The notes: generated by a model from the sequence alone, not told the origin. A stretch of 64,000 nt of DNA from Eledone cirrhosa (GCA_964016885.1 CAXHJY010001737.1:62001-126000), one strand, 5' to 3'. Counted from the stretch's first letter, positions 26,595 through 41,817 are shown. Made by a program: numbers and translations.

Positions 26595-26628
<34 letters not shown>

Positions 26629-26857
26629 TGTATGTATGTATGTATGCGTGTGTGTATATGTATGTATGTCTATATGTATAAGTCGATCGATCGACTTTCG
26701 TCAAATCGAACCGAGAAAACAATGTTTCCGTTGGTCTTTCCAATTGCTGATACTCTCTATCGGTCGCAACTCCAAGTAGAAGGACCAACGTGAAATAAAG
26801 TGTCTTGCTCAAGGACATAACGCATCGCCTGGTCCGAGAATCGAACTCTCAACCTCA

Positions 26858-27245
<388 letters not shown>

Positions 27246-27414
27246 CACTTCATAAAATGTTGGGAGGGTGATGCAATTTAGCTGCCTGTACCCACTTCAT
27301 ATAATGTTGGTCTTGTGCTTAATTTGAAATCTGTATTACTTTAACATGAGCTCTGTGGCTCTGGATTTTTACATTGTGAGTTCGAACCCCATCCAAGTCA
27401 ACTCCGCGTGTGTG

Positions 27415-30400
27415 TGCATGTATTTATGTACGTATGTATGCACGTATGTATGTACGTATGTATATACGTACGTTTGTATGTACGTATGTATGTACGTCTG
27501 TATGTACATTTGTATGTACGTATGTATGTACGTATGTACGTATGTATGTACGTATGTACGTATGTATGTACGTATGTATGTACGTATGTATGTACGTATG
27601 TATGTACGTATGTATGTACGTTTGTATGTACGTATGTATGTACGTATGTATGTACGTTTGTATGTACGTATGTATGTACGTTTGTATGTACGTATGTATG
27701 TACGTTTGTATGTACGTATGTATGTACGTATGTACGTATGTATGTACGTATGTATGTACGTATGTATGTACGTATGTATGTACGTATGTATGTACGCATG
27801 TATGTACGTATGTATGTACGTTTGTATGTACGTATGTATGTACGTATGTACGTATGTATGTACGTATGTATGTACGTATGTATGTACGTATGTATGTACG
27901 TATGTATGTACGCATGTATGTACGTATGTATGTACGTTTGTATGTACGTTTGTATGTACGTACGTTTGTATGTGCGTATGTATGTACGTTTATATGTACG
28001 TTTGTATGTACGTTTGTATGTACGTTTGTATGTACGTATGTATGTACGTATGTATGTACGTTTGTATGTACGTATGTATGTACGTTTGTATGTATGTATG
28101 TATGTACGTTTGTATGTACGTATGTATGTACGTATGTATGTACGTATGTATGTACGTTTGTATGTACGTATGTATGTACGTTTGTATGTACGTATGTATG
28201 TACGTATGTATGTACGTATGTATGTACGTTTGTATGTACGTATGTATGTACGTATGTATGTGCGTTTGTATGTACGTATGTATGTACGTATGTATGTACG
28301 TATGTACGTGCGTTTGTATGTACGTTTGTATGTACGTATGTATGTACGTATGTACGTATGTATGTACGTATGTACGTATGTATGTACGTATGTATGTAGG
28401 TATGTATGTACGTTTGTATGTACGTATGTATGTACGTATGTATGTACGTATGTATGTACGTATGTATGTACGTTTTATGTACGTATGTATGTACGTATGT
28501 ATGTACGTATGTATGTACGTTTGCATGTACGTATGTATGTACGTATGTATGTACGTATGTATGTACGTTTGTATGTACGTATGTATGTACGTATGTATGT
28601 ATGTACGTATGTATGTACGTTTGTATGTACGTATGTATGTACGTATGTATGTACGTTTGTATGTACGTATGTATGTACGTATGTATGTACGTATGTATGT
28701 ACGTTTGTATGTACGTATGTATGTACGTATGTATGTGCATTTGTATGTACGTATGTATGTACGTATGTATGTACGTATGTATGTACGTACGTATGTATGT
28801 ACGTACGTATGTATGTACGTTTGTATGTACGTATGTATGTACGTTTGTATGTACGTATGTATGTACGTATGTATGTACGTACGTATGTATGTACGTATGT
28901 ATGTACGTTTGTATGTACGTATGTATGTACGTATGTATGTACGTTTGTATGTACGTATGCATGTACGTATGTATATGTATGTCAGGTCACCAGTTGGTGC
29001 TACTGGTAACATGTATCCCAGTACAACCTGTCCCATGGTCGGGTCGTTGGCGACTAAACTGGCAACCCCACCAAGGTTTCTTGGTGAGGTGGGTGACTTT
29101 GGACATCCTACAGGACTAAAAACAAAACCTGTCAAAGGAGCTCTTAAGAGTCAATGGCTATCCAAAATCACCGGGAGAGATGACCCCTTAGCCTTTGTCA
29201 AGGCAGAATTCTAGGAGAAGGAAAACTCTGATATAACACCTGCAACCCTGATGGTATCCAATGATGTTGACTTGTTCTTCTTTTTGGTAAATATCATCTT
29301 GGTTAAGAAAGTGGGACTGGCTTTGTGCAGTGCCTTTGCTCACTATAAAAGCTTCACGGCACAGGCATTGCTTTATATCTGGAGATCTCTCTGCACTTGT
29401 CGTCACATGGTACCATGGGCCCAGCACTATGTGTCAATAATTGTCACAAGTGTAGTGTTTGTACCAGAGTTTTCAAGTCGCTGGCTGGACTAAAAAGTCA
29501 CACTCGTTCAACGCATCGGTAGGAGTTCTCCTACATGGATATAAAGTAGTGGCCGTACTCGAAAACGAGTTGGCAGCCACCACCATGTACGTATGTATGT
29601 ACGTATGTATGTACGTACGTATGTATGTACGTTTGTATGTACGTTTGTTTGTACGTATGTATGTACGTATGTATGTACGTTTGTATGTACGTATGTATGT
29701 ACGTTTGTATGTACGTATATATGTACGTATGTATGTACGTATGTATGTACTATGTACGTATGTATGTACGTATGTATGTACGTATGTATGTACGTATGTA
29801 TGTACGTATGTATGTACGTATGTATGTATGTATGTAGGTATGTATGTATGTACGTATGTATGTACGTATGTATGTTTTCTCTTTCTCTTAATTTCGAGTA
29901 TATTTTTTTGACCGGCCACCTTCCTGGTGGCAAGGTTGTAAAAGAAAAGAAATTGTCATCCCTTGAATCGCAAGAATGTTTTGCAAATTTTGAAGGTGCC
30001 AGCTATCGCAGCCATTTGTAGACTATGAATTAGGGAGCTGCGCTTTTTGTCCGCAAATCCAAGTTCAGTCATACTTTGGTCCAAGCGGGTTGGTATATAA
30101 CCCGTAGCACCAATAATGATGGGTATAAAGCTAAAGGTGTATCTTGGATACTGGATTTGTAAACTCCTCATCAATGGTCCGTAGATGTCCTCCTTCTCCT
30201 GTATTTTTCTGACAACGTTTACATCAAGTGGGCAGCTGATCTCCACAACAGAACACGTTTTCAATGTGTGGTCCCAAACTACAATATCAGGCCGGTTGTG
30301 CTTTAATTTGGTGGCAGTTTTTATTTTCAGGTTCCACCAGTATTCCTTAGTGCCATCTGTCTCAATATATGTATGTACGTATGTATGTACGTATGTATGT

Positions 30401-31278
30401 ACGTATGTATGTACGTATGTATGTACGTATGTATGTACGTACGTATGTATGTACGTTTGTATGTACGTATGTATGTACGTATGTATGTACGTATGTATGT
30501 ACGTATGTATGTACGTTTGTATGTACGTATGTATGTACGTATGTATGTACGTATGTATGTACGTTTTATGTACGTATGTATGTACGTATGTATGTACGTA
30601 TGTATGTTCGTATGTATGTATGTACGTATGTATGTACGTATGTATGTACGTATGTATGTACGTATGTATGTACGTTTGTATGTACGTTTGTATGTACGTA
30701 TGTATGTACGTATGTATGTACGTATGTATGTACGTATGTATGTACGTTTGTATGTACGTATGTATGTACGTATGTATGTACGTATGTATGTACGTTTTAT
30801 GTACGTATGTATGTACGTATGTATGTACGTATGTATGTTCGTATGTATGTATGTACGTATGTATGTACGTTTGTATGTACGTTTGTATGTACGTATGTAT
30901 GTACGTTTGTATGTATGTATGTATGTTTGTATGTACGTATGCATGTACGTATGTATGTACGTTTGTATGAACGTATGTATGTACGTTTGTATGTACGCAT
31001 GTATGTACGTATGTATGTAAGTATGCATGTACGTATGTATGTACGTTTGTATGTACGTATGTACGTATGTATGTACGTATGTATGTACGTATGTATGTAC
31101 GTATGTACGTATGTATGTCCGTATGTATGTACGTTTGTATGTACGTATGTATGTACGTATGTATGTACGTATGTATGTACGTACGTATGTACGTATGTAT
31201 GTACGTTTGTATGTACGTATGTACGTACGTATGTATGTACGTATGTATGTACATATGTATGTACGTATGTATGTATGT
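27415..31278. repeat. Compound (TATG/TACG/TTTG) satellite with a dominant 12-bp unit tatgtatgtacg, interrupted by retroelement fragments
   Basis: Blocks at about 27415-28981, 29585-29874 and 30367-31278. Confidence 0.95.
29875..30365 (-). mobile_element. 3' end of an RLE-type (R4/Dong- or NeSL-like) non-LTR retrotransposon
   Basis: EYWWNLKIKTATKLKHNRPDIVVWD...VVEISCP...EKEDIY...IPIIIGATG is a PD-(D/E)xK endonuclease. Stop at 29956, short 3' UTR ending in (CATA)n. Confidence 0.85.
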
Positions 31279-32150
31279 GAAGTGGAGACCATTGATCAAG
31301 CCAGGTAGTGAACACTTTGAAACTCGTCGAAGAGAACACCTAACACTGAAAAGTAAAGTGAGGAAAAGGGACTGTTCTGAACTCCCTGCTGTAGAACATC
31401 ATCTGGTTTGCCAGCATTGTGGTCGAGTCTGCCTGAGTAAAGCTGGTTTGATTAGACACGAACAAAGTCATATCAGTAGACCTTATGTAGATTATGAGGG
31501 CGGTGGATTGGCAGTATCGGTAGAGGGTCATGCACCATGCTTTCCAGCATAGTTACGTCCCTTTACGATCTAAGTTCAAATCCCGCCGAGGTTGACTTTG
31601 CCTTTCATCCTTACGGGGTCGATAAAATAAAGTACCAGTCATGCACTGGGTAATTGCTGGCCTAGTGCCTAAAGTAGAAACAATTATTATTACTATAAAG
31701 GCGGTGGATTGCCAGTATCGGTAGAGAGTCTGACGCCATCTTTGCAGCATAGAGTTACGGTCTATGCTGCAAGTTAGAGTTACGCCATGCTTTCAAATCC
31801 CGTCGAGGTTGACTTTGCCTTTCATCCTTACGGGGTCGATAAAATAAAGTACCAGTAATGGACTGGGTGATTGCTGGCCTTGTGCCTAAAGTAGAAACAC
31901 TTATGTAGATTATGATCTGAAAAGGTGTCAGGAATGTGGCAAGGAATATGCAAGCATGGGAGGTCTTACATGACACATGAGAACATACAGCCAGAACAAA
32001 GCAGTGGAAAGTCCTGGAGGAGCCTACAGTTGCCATGTATGTGCCAGATGGTGCAAGTCCTTGGCTCGTTTAAAGAGACACATTCGTCCCTCGCATTTTT
32101 GAGCATTTTATCAGCCGATGGCAATGATCGAACACGAGTTTGCGGCCATC
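31279..32150 (+). mobile_element. RTE-like LINE 3' end with three C2H2 fingers, split by two tandem SINE A copies (31498-31899)
   Basis: KWRPLIKPGSEHFETRRR...CQHCGRVCLSKAGLIRHEQSH; after the SINEs, [19 protein letters not shown] and [22 protein letters not shown] cttatgtagattatga at 31482 and 31900. Confidence 0.75.
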
Positions 32151-32314
32151 ATGTATTTATGTATGCATTCATGTGTGTACGTATGTACGTATGCATATAC
32201 AAGTATGTATGTGTATGTAAATGTGTATGTATATGTGAGTCTGTGTGCATGTGTGTATGTCCATGTGGGTGTCTGTGTGTGTGCCTCTGTGCGTGTATGT
32301 GTATAAGTGTGTCA

Positions 32315-32381
<67 letters not shown>

Positions 32382-33075
32382 TACACATATATATATATAT
32401 ATACATATATGTGTGTGTATGTATGAATATATCTGCGTATCAGTGTGTGTATATGTCCATGTATATATATATATATATACACACATATACAGACATACAC
32501 ATATATATATATATACATATATGTGTGTGTATGTATGAATATATCTGCGTTAGAGTGTGTATATATGTCCATGTATATATATATATATATATATATATAC
32601 GTACATATATATACATACACACATACATATATATACATATATGTGTATGTGTGTATGTATGTATATATATGTGTATATAACTATGTTTATTGTCAGAGTT
32701 GGCTATAAATTCCGTCCTAACAATAAATAAGCTGTCTAAATGAGAAAGTTTCACAATTTCCTGACGTAAATTGTGTTACCGACAATTTGTTCACCTTTGA
32801 CCTCCTCGCTCTATATACGGAAACTTAGCTTGGACTCATCATACACACACCAATGATTACACACACACACACACACACCAATGATTACACACACACACAC
32901 ACACACGCATACACAGACACATATATATGTTTATATATGTATATATGTATATGTACACACATCAATAATTACAAACACACACACACATATATATATATAT
33001 ATATTATATATATATATGTGCGTGTACATACCCAAATATACATCATATATATGTACATGTATATATATATATATG

Positions 33076-33152
<77 letters not shown>

Positions 33153-33232
33153 GTATATGTATACGTATATACGTATAGGAATGTCTGCATTAAGATCGAA
33201 TGTTTATATATGTATGTAGAGCCAAGGTATGA

Positions 33233-33291
<59 letters not shown>

Positions 33292-33554
33292 TAAGTATAT
33301 ATATATATATATATATATATACTTATATATATATATATATACTTATATATATATATATATATATACGTATACATATATATATATATATATACACACACGC
33401 ATACACATATATATACACATACCCCCCCCCACACACATATATATATATGTATATTATATAATTTAATGCCAGTTTAATGATTAAGACAAGTAAAAATAAT
33501 TACTTTAAGTGTAGACATATTTGTGGAATGTTTAGTTATTTCCACGTCGACTCC

Positions 33555-34170
33555 ATTTTGCCTTGCTGAATCTCCCTGAGAATTACGTTTAGGGTATCTA
33601 CACATATCTTTGGAAGCCTCAATTGTCATCTACACGTTGAATCCACGATCTGGCTGTTACCATTGATTCTTACAACTTGAAGACTCATCGTCGCAAGCGG
33701 TGGAGGTCCATTCCATCATGACATTCTGAATCTCCCTGAGAATTCCGTCACCGTTGATTCTTACAACTTGAAGACTCATCGTCGCAAGCGGTGCAGATCC
33801 ATTCCATCATGTCATGCTGACTCTCCCTGAGAATTACGTCACAGTTAATTCTTACAGCTTGAAGACTCATCGTCGCAAGCGGTGGAGATCCCTCAAATCT
33901 ACGATCTAGTGTTACCGTTGATTCTTACAACTTGAAGACTCATCGTTGCAAGCGGTGCAGATCCATTCCATCATGTCATGCTGACTCTCCCTGAGCATTA
34001 CGTTACAGTTAATTCTTACAGCTTGAAGACTCATCGTCGCAAGCGGTGGAGGTCCCTCAAATCTACGATCTAGTGTTACCGTTGATTCTTACAACTTGAA
34101 GACTCCTAGTCTTAACCGGTGGAGGCCCATTCCATCATGTCATGCCGAATCTCCCTGAGAATTACATTAA
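33555..34170 (+). repeat. Tandemly rearranged copies of the gaatctccctgagaattac repeat family
   Basis: gattcttacaacttgaagactcatcgtcgcaagcggtgg recurs six times. Confidence 0.8.
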
Positions 34171-34799
34171 GGCTATCTATCTAATCTACTTCATTCGTAA
34201 CAATCGCCAAAGTTTTAATTACTGACCTTAATTAATTTAAGCCGCCTTCGGACCTTTAGTGTTAGTTCCCTTGCCTGTCGGTAGGTGGTGTTGGTGGTAG
34301 TAGTAGTGGTGGTGGTGCTGGTGATACTGGTAGTAGTGGTGGTGGTGCTGGTAGTAGTGGTGGTGGTGGTAGTAGTAGTGGTGGTGGTGGTAGTAATAGT
34401 AGTAATAGTAATGGTATAATGGCCGATGGGATGTGGAATAGGGGTAGATGGGGGAGGGGGGGGGGACAATAACGTCACTGACACATGTAACAACTTACCT
34501 TAAGGTAGTATAGGTAGTGGTAGTGGTGGTAGTTGGGAGTAATGGTGGTGTTGGTGTTAGTGGTCGTGTTGTGGTGTTGGTGCTAGTGGTGGTGGTGGTA
34601 TTGGTATTGGTTGTAATGCTGGTGGCAGTGGAAGTAATGGTGGTGTTAGTAGTAGTAGTGGTGGTGGTGGTGGTGGTGGTGTTAGTAGTAGTGCCCTATG
34701 GTAGTAGTAGTATTGGTGTTGGTGGTAGTGGTGGTGGTGATGGCGGTGCTGGTGTGTAGAAATATTCAGTTCGGTTTTGAGATGGAAAAATGAGATTTA

Positions 34800-35600
34800 C
34801 ACCACACACCTATTTAGGTTTAGCTGGTCTCCTATGGCAGGGACCCCAGTCCTATCATGTTGTTACAGTTCACACCTATGTAAGTTTAGCTGGTCTCCTA
34901 TGACAGGGACCCCAGTCCTATCATGTTGTTATAGCTCACACCGATTTAGGTTTAGCTGGTCTCCTATGACAGGGACCCCAGTCCTATCATGTTGTTACAG
35001 CTCACACCTATGTAAGTTTAGCTGGTCTCCTATGACAGGGACCCCAGTCCTATCATGTTGTTATAGCTCACACCTATTTAGGTTTAGCTGGTCTCCTATG
35101 ACAGGGACCCCAGTCCTATCATGTTGTTACAGCTCACACCAATGTAGGTTTAGCTGGTCTCCAATGACAGGTACATCAGTCTATCATGTTGTTATACCTC
35201 ACACCTATGTAGGTTTAACTGGTCTCCAATCACAGGGACCCCAGTCCTATTATGTTGTTACACCCCACAGCTATGTAGGTTTAGCTGGCCTCTTACAAGG
35301 TTGTATCTCCTGGGTATTTTAATAAAAGGGGCCCCAGTCCTATCATGTTGTTATCGTTCACAGCTATGTAGGTTTATCTGGCCTCTGACAAGGTTGTATC
35401 TCCTGGGTATTTTAATAAAAGGGGCCCTAGTCCTATCATGTTGTTACACCCCACAGCTATGTAGGTTTATCTGGCTTCTGACAAGGTTGTATTTCATGGG
35501 TATTCTAATAAAAGGGACCCCAGTCCTATCATGTTGTTACCGTTCACAGCTATGTAGGTTTATCTGGCCTCCTAAGAAGGTTGTAATTTATGGGAGGTTT
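34800..35600. repeat. Minisatellite: 63-bp unit grading into an about 87-bp unit
   Basis: acacctatttaggtttagctggtctcctatgacagggaccccagtcctatcatgttgttacagctc repeats; the later units add aaggttgtatctcctgggtattttaataaa. Confidence 0.92.
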
Positions 35601-35636
35601 ATTGGCTGTTCTAATGTCTGTCTATATCTCTTTCTT

Positions 35637-35720
<84 letters not shown>

Positions 35721-35944
35721 TCTCTCTCTCTTTCTGTCTATCTATCTATCTATCTCTTTATTTTATTTTGTTTTATATACAGTTTATTATTATTTATTAA
35801 TGTTAAAGTTATATGATTTTTATGTAAAACCACCGCCGTCACGTCTTGTAATGTATTTTTTGTACGCCCTTGTGGCAATAAAGAAATCTATCTATTTATC
35901 TATCTATCTATCTTTTTATCTATCTATTTATCTATCTATCTGAT

Positions 35945-36320
35945 TTTTTTTTTCAAATACCACTTTGGAAGAAGAATCAGGATGGAGAGAGGTGTTGTAC
36001 CCCAGCAAGTTTTATGAAAGGTGGGTGAAAGTGGCGAGAATGGCCCGAGTGAATGGGCCTTCTCTCTATATCAGCCTGTAGGTTGAGGAAAAGGAGGAGG
36101 AGAGGAAAGGAGTACAAACTCTTCGTACTCCTGGAGATGAGGGTTGCATATTTTTTCGGGGGTATGTGTTACCCATATGTAATGTCTCCCTCTATTGGGG
36201 AAAATCGACTAACTTTTTAAATTGCATTTGTGATAATATTTTACACGTTTTTATTGTATGTAAACTTCCCCCTTTGTATTTGTCCCCTTCTTTTGTGCCC
36301 CTGTGGCTAATAAAGAAACA
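35945..36320 (+). mobile_element. 5'-truncated copy of the adjacent Tx1-like LINE
   Basis: taccactttggaagaagaatcaggatggagagag...gggccttctctctat matches 41690-41820; the 3' UTR ends aataaagaaa + (TATC)n. Confidence 0.88.
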
Positions 36321-36576
36321 TATCTATCTATCTATCTGCTTATCTATCTATTTATCTATCTTGATAGAGTAAGACACGCTTCACATCGGCTCCGCTATTC
36401 CATCGGGATTTACCCTTACTATTGTAAGTACCGGATAAATTTTTCAGTGCAACACATTTGGAACACTAACCCCTGTTATTTAGGGAAACATTTTTGCATT
36501 TACCCCCTTTTTAGGGGGTAAAATAAATATCTATTTTTGCCGAAAAATTTCGTTCTTGGCAGCATAGCGGAAAAGA

Positions 36577-38390
36577 TGGCAGACATGTCTGCCATTAGCT
36601 CTGCCACGCCCCCCCAAGTCTGAAGAACAAAAAATAATTACAACAAAATTAGACAACGAAACAAACAAAGAAAATGAAAAAACAAATGTTAAGGAAAATG
36701 AGCAAACGGAAAACAAACAAACAGAAAATAATACAAATAACAACAGGGCAACTTTCGCCCAGAAAACAAAACAATCCATTACATACACACCAATTGACCT
36801 AACGGCCGCCAGAGAAAAACTGGCCGAAGCAAAGAAACACATTGTTTTGGGGGAGAACGGAATGTTTTCCATTAACTCCCCCCCCCCCCAGAATTCAAGA
36901 AAGCGAGAACAGAGAACACAGTTCTCTTCAGAACAATCCTAAACCAAACAAGAAAGCCAGCACAGCCCAGCCAAATGGAGATAGAGTTGGTCCTAAAAGA
37001 CTATATGAAGAATATTCTCTTCATACGAAAGGACCGACTCTATGACAGCATTTCGGTCCTAACAAAAGACAAGGAAACGGCGGAGAAGCTTTCCCTAAGC
37101 CCACTCTCATCGACAACATACAGCTTCTATCCCTCCTACATGGGTAGAAGAACACAGAGAGTAAAAATACAAACAATGCTGCCCACAATGGACTTCTGGT
37201 GGGCTATTGCTGGCTTCATAGACATGGGCGAGGACACAGTGCTGTCAATGGGGAAGGCATCCGGAGATGCGTTCCTGGGAATGGGCCTCGACCTACTAGT
37301 CCAAATGAGGCCCGAAAGAATAGCACAAATCCCGGATCGCATCTGGCTGGATGAGCTCACCCCAATAGATATAATTGTAGAGGGGAGAAGACCAGCATGC
37401 TATTTATGCACGGAAAGGGGACACATTAAGGCTAACTGCCCGAAACGTATCCCCCAAAAAGGACTATTGCCCACACCCATCACAAACAGTACACCAACAC
37501 CACTCACCTCCAAAAATACACTAATACCACACACAGCAAACAAAATACAAACACCACCAAGCACAACACAAACATCACCACCACCAGCACCAAACACAAG
37601 CACGACACAAAAATCACCACCACCATCACCAACACAAACACCACCACCACCATTACCAACCACAAGCACGACACAAACAGCACCACCACAAAACGCATTC
37701 CAAACAAATAATAAAAAAAACAGCAACAAATCTACCCCTCCCGCAAAAAAAAAAACAACCAGACACGACGTCCCTCCCACCTAGCGCTGAAGAGTTTCAC
37801 CCAACTTCTGAAGAAGAAGGAGGAGAAGCCTTCAGACAAGTTAAAAGAAAAAAAAGAAAGCACACACCCAGCACACCACAAATAACCTACACACAAACAC
37901 CAACTCCAATAAAAAACACCCACCCTCAACAAACAAAAATAAATCTGCGCCTCCCCTCTCCGAAACATTGACAGCATCACAAAAAAAGACATTGCAATAC
38001 ACATATATAAATAAAGAAAACAAAAAACTGTTTAAATTAATAAACAATAGCCCTTTGGTGCAGACCGAAGGGCCAAACTTTATCTCAACAGAGAACTTCA
38101 CCCATTTAAAAATGATAAAGGTCCCTCTGGACCTTTATCGTTCCTTAAAAGAACAATTTAGACAGGACGTGAGCCCCCCCTGTTTAAAACCGTTAAATCG
38201 CGTCCTCTTGAAAGATTTCCCCATAACCTCCCCTCTTCCTGACACAACTCCAAACACCCCAACCCCACCACACTCGGGCACTCCCACACCACCACAAAAC
38301 ATCCCTCCACCCAACACACCTGACGCCATGGAAATTACACAGCCCGGAGAGGTAGGTGCTTTTCTTTCTTCACTTTCAACACCAAAATAG
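36577..38390 (+). pseudogene. Tx1 ORF1 (gag-like, CCHC knuckle, Pro/Thr-rich tail), disrupted
   Basis: ATG at 36577; apparent frameshift near the poly-C at about 36880; CYLCTERGHIKANC; stop at 37782; further frame 37968-38390. Confidence 0.75.
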
Positions 38391-38395
38391 ATCAA

Positions 38396-41300
38396 TTGAG
38401 AGTTGGCTGTTTGAACGCGCGTGGCCTGGGCTCAGCTTGGAAGCAAGCAAAGCTTCTAAGTGACCTCAGGTCACAAAGTATAGATGTGATGGTTGTTTGC
38501 GAGAGTCGGATCAGCAGCGTGCGACAGCTGGCTCCCGCCTTCGATGACTTTGAGATGCACGCATCTCTCTGTCAACCCGGAGGCGGCGGGGGGGAGTTGC
38601 CGTACTGCTGGATAAACGTCTGGCTCTCGACGTACAGATTGTTGACTCGGACCGGGGGATCGATTACTGGTGCTGGACGTCGGAGGCGGTGAAGGCGGGG
38701 CTTTCAGACTGGTCGGTCTTTATGCCCCCTTCGGGGCTGAAAGAGCCGACTTCTTCCAGCGACTGGAGACTTTTCTAGGAACGTCGCGTTCCCTGCTTTT
38801 AGTGGGGGACTGGAATGGAATCCTAGATGCGCGTTGGGACTATGCAGGGGAATGTCCCGATAGAGGGGGGTGTAGCAGCCTCAAGGGGTTACTCGATCGA
38901 TTCGACCTGGTCGATAGATTTCGACTAGATTGTCCAACTGCGCCAACCTGGACCTGGGCAAACCGCAGTGGACAATCTAGATCGTACCTAGATAGGTTTT
39001 TGGTTAGGAGTAAGGATAGGGACGTATTTAGTTGTCCAGAATTGATCATGGTTGGCTATTCAGATCACAAATTAGTGACCTGCGTGGTCAACCTTGATAG
39101 AACGCATAGACAGGGTCCCGGTTACTGGAAGATGAACTTGTCCTTGCCGGCAAAGAAAGATTACAGGAACCGGATTAGTAGCTTAGTTAAGATGCGGTTG
39201 ACGGGAGCGATCGTCAACAGTAGGTGGTGGGTATCTCTAAAGAGAGAGATTAGAGTAAGTTCGATAGGTTACAGTAAGGAACTAGCGACAAATAGAAATA
39301 GGAAGGAAAGGGAGTTAACAGATAAACTAGAAGAGGCGATTAGGAGCGGAGACGTAGCCAGAGTGTTAGCGGCGTTGAGCCAGTTCTTTGACGCGAAGCA
39401 CGAAGGCTGCGTTGTCCGAAGTAAAATACGTGCTTTAGGAAACGAGGGGACCAAAGCTGTTAGCTGGGCCCGCGTGACAGAAGCCAAGAGTGGGATTAAA
39501 TCCACCATTCGGTCTTTGCGAGACCAGGATGGACGGGTGATCCTTGAACCTGAGCGGATGTGCGAGGCCTTTCAAAGGCACTTTGCTCGACTGTTCGGAG
39601 GGGGCGGGGGGCCGGACGGGGATGTGGACTTCGGTCCATACCTCGACGGTCTACCGCGTCTTTCGAGCGGCGAAGCGGAGTGCTGCGAAAGGCCAATCAC
39701 AGCCACTGAAATCGGGGAAGCGCTCAGCCAATGCAGCAGACGCAAATCTCCGGGTCTCGATGGTCTACCATACGAACTTTATTTAGCTATGCCGGTCTTG
39801 TTCTCCGAACTCCTCGAGGCTGTCTATTGCAACTGGCAACAGAACGGGAGAATTCCCTGTTCTGTGACCAAGGGCGTGGTCACGCTAGTGAGGAAGGACG
39901 AGAGCAAGGGGGACGACTTAAGTAACTTTAGGCCCATAACTCTGCTGAATGCAGAGTTACAGATTTTGGCCAAGGTGTTGGCGAAGAGGTTGGCGCTTGT
40001 GGTGGGTGGTTTGGTGGGAGACGCGCAGACATGCGCTATCCCGTCCAGGTCCATTCACGACAACCTCCACCTCATGCGATACATCATAGAGAGGGTTGGC
40101 AACGAACCCGGCTTTGGTGGGGCCCTGATCAACTTGGATCAATCTAAGGCGTTCGATAGGGTCGACCATGGTTACCTGGATGCGGTGCTAGCGGCGGCGG
40201 GCTTCGGACCCGTTTTCAGGGGCTGGATTTCTGCCATGCAACAGTGGCAACATCTACTCTAGGATTAAAGTAAACGGCTACCTCTCGGAGCCGTTTCAAA
40301 TCACCCTGTCCATCAGACAGGGGTGCCCCCTCTCCTCCCTTCTGTACGTATTGACTCTCGAGCCACTGCTGCGGAAGTTGGAGTTGCTGCGGGGCATACC
40401 CCTGGAACCGGGATTGCACAAAGCGGTCTCGGCCTATGCCGACGACGTAACAGTAATGGTGGCGGACGCCTCGGAAATCGGGGCGATCGCCACCCTACTG
40501 GAGGAATACGAAAGGCTGACGGGGGCTAGGCTGAACCGGGACAAGTCAGTCGGTTTGCAACTCGGAACGTGGAGGGGCAAACCGATGCCGTTAGACGGTG
40601 TCGTCGGGCGGTGGACGGAGGGCCCGGTGAAGCTGCTCGGGGTCTGGTTCGGACCGGACCTCCAGGTGGAGAAGAATTGGGGCGAGGTGACGAGCAGGGT
40701 GTTTGCGCTGACCCAGAAGTGGGCCAAGTGCAAACTATCACTGAAAGGTCGGGCGGAGGTGACGAACGCTTACATAGCGTCCGTCATCTGCTACCGCCTG
40801 ACCGTCGTGCCTTGCCCCAAGGAAAAGCTCACCATCATGGAACGCATGCTCTTCCAGTTCCTCTGGAAGAAGCGGCCTCCCATGGTGAGGAGATCCATCT
40901 GCTGCCAGCACCCTTCGAAAGGAGGGCTGGGTATGCCGTGGCTGTTGATGCGTAGGCACGCATTGAGGCTACGGCATCTACAGGTATTCCTCACCGGTCA
41001 GCCGGTGTGGGCCCCGTTTGTGAGGCGAGCCTTCCCACAGCTCGTCTCGCTCACCGAGCTGCAATCCTGGGTGAAGCAAAGACCGAGAAAACTGGGCAAC
41101 TGGCACACCGAGTGTGCCCAGGCGCTCACGGCTATCTGGCAAGCGAACCCGACTGTCAGTGGAGAATCCACCTCGACATTCTATAGAGGGCTGGTGGCTA
41201 GCAGGGGCGACGACACCCTTGGAGAGTCGCTAGGCATGGAGGAGGACGAACTGGCCAGCCTGTTCGGTAGAACTTTCGGCCCGGGACCCATGGACAACTT

Positions 41301-41817
41301 CCAGAGGTCCCTAGCCTGGCAGTGTTACCGGGGGGCTCTGCCCGTTCGAGAAAAGCTCTACAGACACGGGCGCCCGGGCAGGGATCCAGCGAAAAAGATC
41401 TGTCCCAGATGCGTGCGCGACGAGGAAACCGTTGCGCATGCACTGGTACACTGCCCGGGCGTTGCCGATCTGTGGGGCTACGTCGAACGACTGCTGTCGC
41501 GTGTGGCGCCGATTCGAGTAACCGCCGAGTCTGTGGTGAACATCAAGCCGCCGCCTCCCTTCAGAAACGAAGCAGAGGCGGTCTTTCTGTGCGTAATAGC
41601 CATGATGAAAGAGGTTGTGTGGTGGACGCGCCTGAAAAGTCTGAGGTCGGGTGACTTTCTCTCCGGCCATCACCTGGTTTACTTCTTCCGATACCACTTC
41701 GGAAGAAGGATCAGGATGGAGAGAGAAGTGCTTGGCCCCAGACAGTTTTATGAAAGGTGGGTGAAAGAAGCGAGAATGGCTCGTGTAAATGGGCCTTCTC
41801 TCTACATTGTTCTGTAG
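38396..41817 (+). pseudogene. Tx1 ORF2 (APE endonuclease - reverse transcriptase - zinc-binding C-terminus) with frameshifts near 38590 and 40245
   Basis: LNARGL, GDWN, SYLDRF, SDH, GPGYWKMN, SPGLDGL, NFRPITLLN, DQSKAFDRVDH, RQGCPLS, YADD, GGLG, CPRC..ETVAHALVHC. Confidence 0.95.

Noticed and set aside
27346-31339. Long ORFs of 300-620 aa (MYVCMYV / TYIHTYI)
   Set aside because: Translations of stop-free TATG/TACG satellite; only the embedded RLE and RTE fragments are real coding remnants.
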